Part shown: piece by piece, positions 26,401 to 27,264 of the stretch | Position numbering within the stretch: position 1 is the first letter of the stretch | How the letters are laid out: each line of letters begins with the position of its first letter | Virus record (IMG/VR): IMGVR_UViG_3300009435_000042 | Span: 1-27,264 of that record | DNA from: a virus | Lineage: Duplodnaviria > Caudoviricetes | Direction: 5' to 3' (one strand) | DNA: 27,264 nucleotides | Program-made: the position numbers and the translations under genes | Notes under the pieces: model-generated | Told to the model about the DNA's origin: nothing | The model's input: only the letters and a program-made list of their open reading frames with translations | Database searches by the model: none

Positions 26401-27264
26401 TATGCTGGACCTGTCGTCGGATGCCAATACACCAGCTAACAGAGCAATTGCGTCTTCGGCTACTGATGTCTTCAAACAGGGAGTTATCAATGTCCCCGGT
26501 AGGGAGGTACTTGATGCGATGCGTGGAGCTACTATTAAAACTGTGAGCGGGAACAAGTCTATTGAGGATGAGTACTCTCGCATGATGGGAAACTTCATCA
26601 AGAATATTGCGGCTCTGAGTACAAACACAGACAAAGCTAAAGCTGGCGCTGCAGAGAGTATGTCTGAGTTCAAAGATAATGTCATGGGTATGACAAGTAA
26701 GGTTATTCATGGGGTTACTAGCGGAAAGGTTCGGGGATTACAATCGCAGGTTGCTGCTATCTACGACCTAGACAATACAACAAACTTCAGTACGCCAGGG
26801 AAGGGTGAGCTGGCTCGCAATATCTTTAAGAAGACAAAAGGTAGAGCTGTGTTTCAGGATAGCGCAGGCTTTATGTCCCAGCTTAATGACTTCATGGGAG
26901 GTGATCTGAGTCCAGGTGATGCTGCTAAGAAAGCGGAAATGTTCTTCACAACTCTAGAGCGCCCTGGTGCTAACGCTCAGCACTGGACAGACAAGACAGC
27001 CAAGAGTATTGGACACAAAGCTAAAGGTGTTGTGAGTCTAGCTATGCGCCATCCATTTGCTGGACTGGGTAACATTGCTACCGTACAAAGTTTTCGACAT
27101 GTCGAGGAGATCGGGAAAGGTGCTGACGATGCAGCCTTCAAGGCTTTTGTAGCAACACCTGCTGGCCAAAAGTATGCTGACGTGGGTGGCTTCCAAAACC
27201 TTGTGGGTGGTGGGAAGAGTGGCGCTGCACGGCGCAAAGCATTCTTCAAAGACTTCGTTGGGAA
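23489..27264 (+). CDS. Giant ORF (>1258 aa, 3'-truncated by the window): putative single-chain two-barrel (beta/beta'-like) virion RNA polymerase
   Basis: Absent from the ORF track because it has no stop in the window. ATG 23489 (MATNDPFDQEE...), SD GGAG at 23478-23481, and no in-frame stop to 27264 on manual reading. Collinear RNAP-like motifs at 25136, 25526, 26054-26107, 26480-26600, 26723 and 27047. The ORF itself is near-certain; the confidence value refers to the RNAP call. Confidence 0.7.
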   Translation, partial: MATNDPFDQEESSSSNPFARALKNGLVLSPIGLAGYVGYQKVHANGALNPIAAAKAASGPGRLGSTGLSLGRELKASAKISQERLLKSADTQIDALLESDGMAKLWSSIAEQRAVIQSLVETMDDPSAGLPSEFVLSKRQELVDIAQRGMADDEGKEMIKSVLKAMNDENSMASGARARFGSNLREFRKVGPQLAPPGQSMSAKDTFNSIDHGMLAPGSREHKNYLKLAQGLGKNGNRYIDLVTSGMGNSLQYYARVYSQGGARPSGSFLGTVPLNVGGDGAGAVNMRMNEGLTTGYRTNRMTIDLQAAAGVFKGHKAGSVTQGMLEAGGAMRRIEDFVAGEFLSKIESNGGKLKLRGGRSAHGAKMRQFYGTNPRLASSGDAFSAAAGMIENINNQGGFAHNAINVTGFGRMSRKEQESTMRHMAVVPEFDAGGVGGRMMSRGLEKESFGVMGVYRGSALEALQSTSLGRIRSAGQGSNVAGQRGMFPIISRIEQVVGREVMFVGDGKAGSLGRHGVFDAGATSTVISDKGTTKRTGKNVEWAERVTGGTNKVMVLDVLEGNKLFDSLAGSGAAYHQGTERIRGAFSKPLLDPGSKGSMSSMLLQHLQESGAEGELKPLSLKQIKEFGHFLGIGPNGMQRIGKDPRMTSMRVGYNITQVGDKKQVNLIGDTDRLMETFKGFSTLHKGTLQEVSNEAIERFLPAATQQTLTDLGVNRQHTVYGAGDMLKKGAGFFGLQMESGFGLVTGDKNYRSTLTELAQNSFGALGDSETGRLTGAVIQGLARSSASENEAGMVLAGIYNRGGKKEWLAGINVSQAVEKKDIEDAIHLAFGDRGQAVITAARRGVAIGATTMTHGAGVGDYNLGRGSVEPRFFSTMTHKLRGMGLDTKQTSDFLAGVYKNKIGYAEHLRSAGGMLKLAESVAGMTGPVAATNTIASGVSTLGLKDLQNMALDISANGFDQFMDQHPDGFMLDLSSDANTPANRAIASSATDVFKQGVINVPGREVLDAMRGATIKTVSGNKSIEDEYSRMMGNFIKNIAALSTNTDKAKAGAAESMSEFKDNVMGMTSKVIHGVTSGKVRGLQSQVAAIYDLDNTTNFSTPGKGELARNIFKKTKGRAVFQDSAGFMSQLNDFMGGDLSPGDAAKKAEMFFTTLERPGANAQHWTDKTAKSIGHKAKGVVSLAMRHPFAGLGNIATVQSFRHVEEIGKGADDAAFKAFVATPAGQKYADVGGFQNLVGGGKSGAARRKAFFKDFVG

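Larger units (their letters stand above)
1..27264 (+). mobile_element. Head-neck-tail morphogenesis module of a large contractile-tailed bacteriophage (phage genome or prophage segment)
   Basis: All long ORFs are on +, abutting or overlapping. Portal, protease, capsid, neck, sheath, tube and chaperone-like genes follow canonical Caudoviricetes order. No host housekeeping genes, integrase or att site in the window. Confidence 0.95.

Noticed and set aside
27010-27037. GHKAKGVVS resembles the RNAP beta motif RHGNKGVVS
   Set aside because: It lies immediately before the beta'-type RHP motif and after the beta' clamp-like motifs, so it is out of order. The collinear candidate for the beta lysine pair is KGFSTLHKG at 25526-25552. 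Probably coincidence, though a structure model should confirm.
23777-27249. Short ORFs listed in the track over the last 3.7 kb, suggesting a gene-poor or non-coding region
   Set aside because: The region is fully occupied by the single + strand ORF from 23489, which the track omitted because it has no stop codon in the window.
1-27264. Stop-codon reassignment (TAG or TGA read as sense), as in some large phages
   Set aside because: Genes are full length and densely packed in the standard code. TAG ends several genes exactly where the next begins.
1-27264. CRISPR array, tRNA, intron or intein, or diversity-generating retroelement
   Set aside because: No spaced direct repeats, no intergenic gap longer than about 70 nt, no intein-type C/S...HN boundaries or homing-endonuclease motifs noticed, and no reverse transcriptase motifs.

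Overview
The whole window is one co-directional (+ strand), tightly packed virion-morphogenesis module of a large tailed dsDNA phage with a contractile tail (myovirus), read in the standard genetic code. Gene order: three unassigned genes, portal, prohead protease/scaffold, a putative capsid decoration protein, HK97-fold major capsid protein, terminator, small ORF, Ig-like protein, three neck/tail-completion genes, tail sheath, tail tube, terminator, two further tube-fold paralogs, two chaperone-like genes, a 1392-aa protein in the tape-measure position, and a giant ORF starting at 23489. That last ORF runs off the end of the window (>1258 aa) and is missing from the supplied ORF track. Translated by hand, it has collinear motifs resembling the beta and then the beta' halves of two-barrel RNA polymerases. 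This suggests a single-chain, virion-packaged and injected RNA polymerase encoded inside the tail module; the catalytic DxDGD would lie just beyond the window. The two giant proteins share an N-terminal motif and contain no cysteine, which suggests a common packaging/ejection route. All functional calls come from motif recognition and gene order, not database searches.
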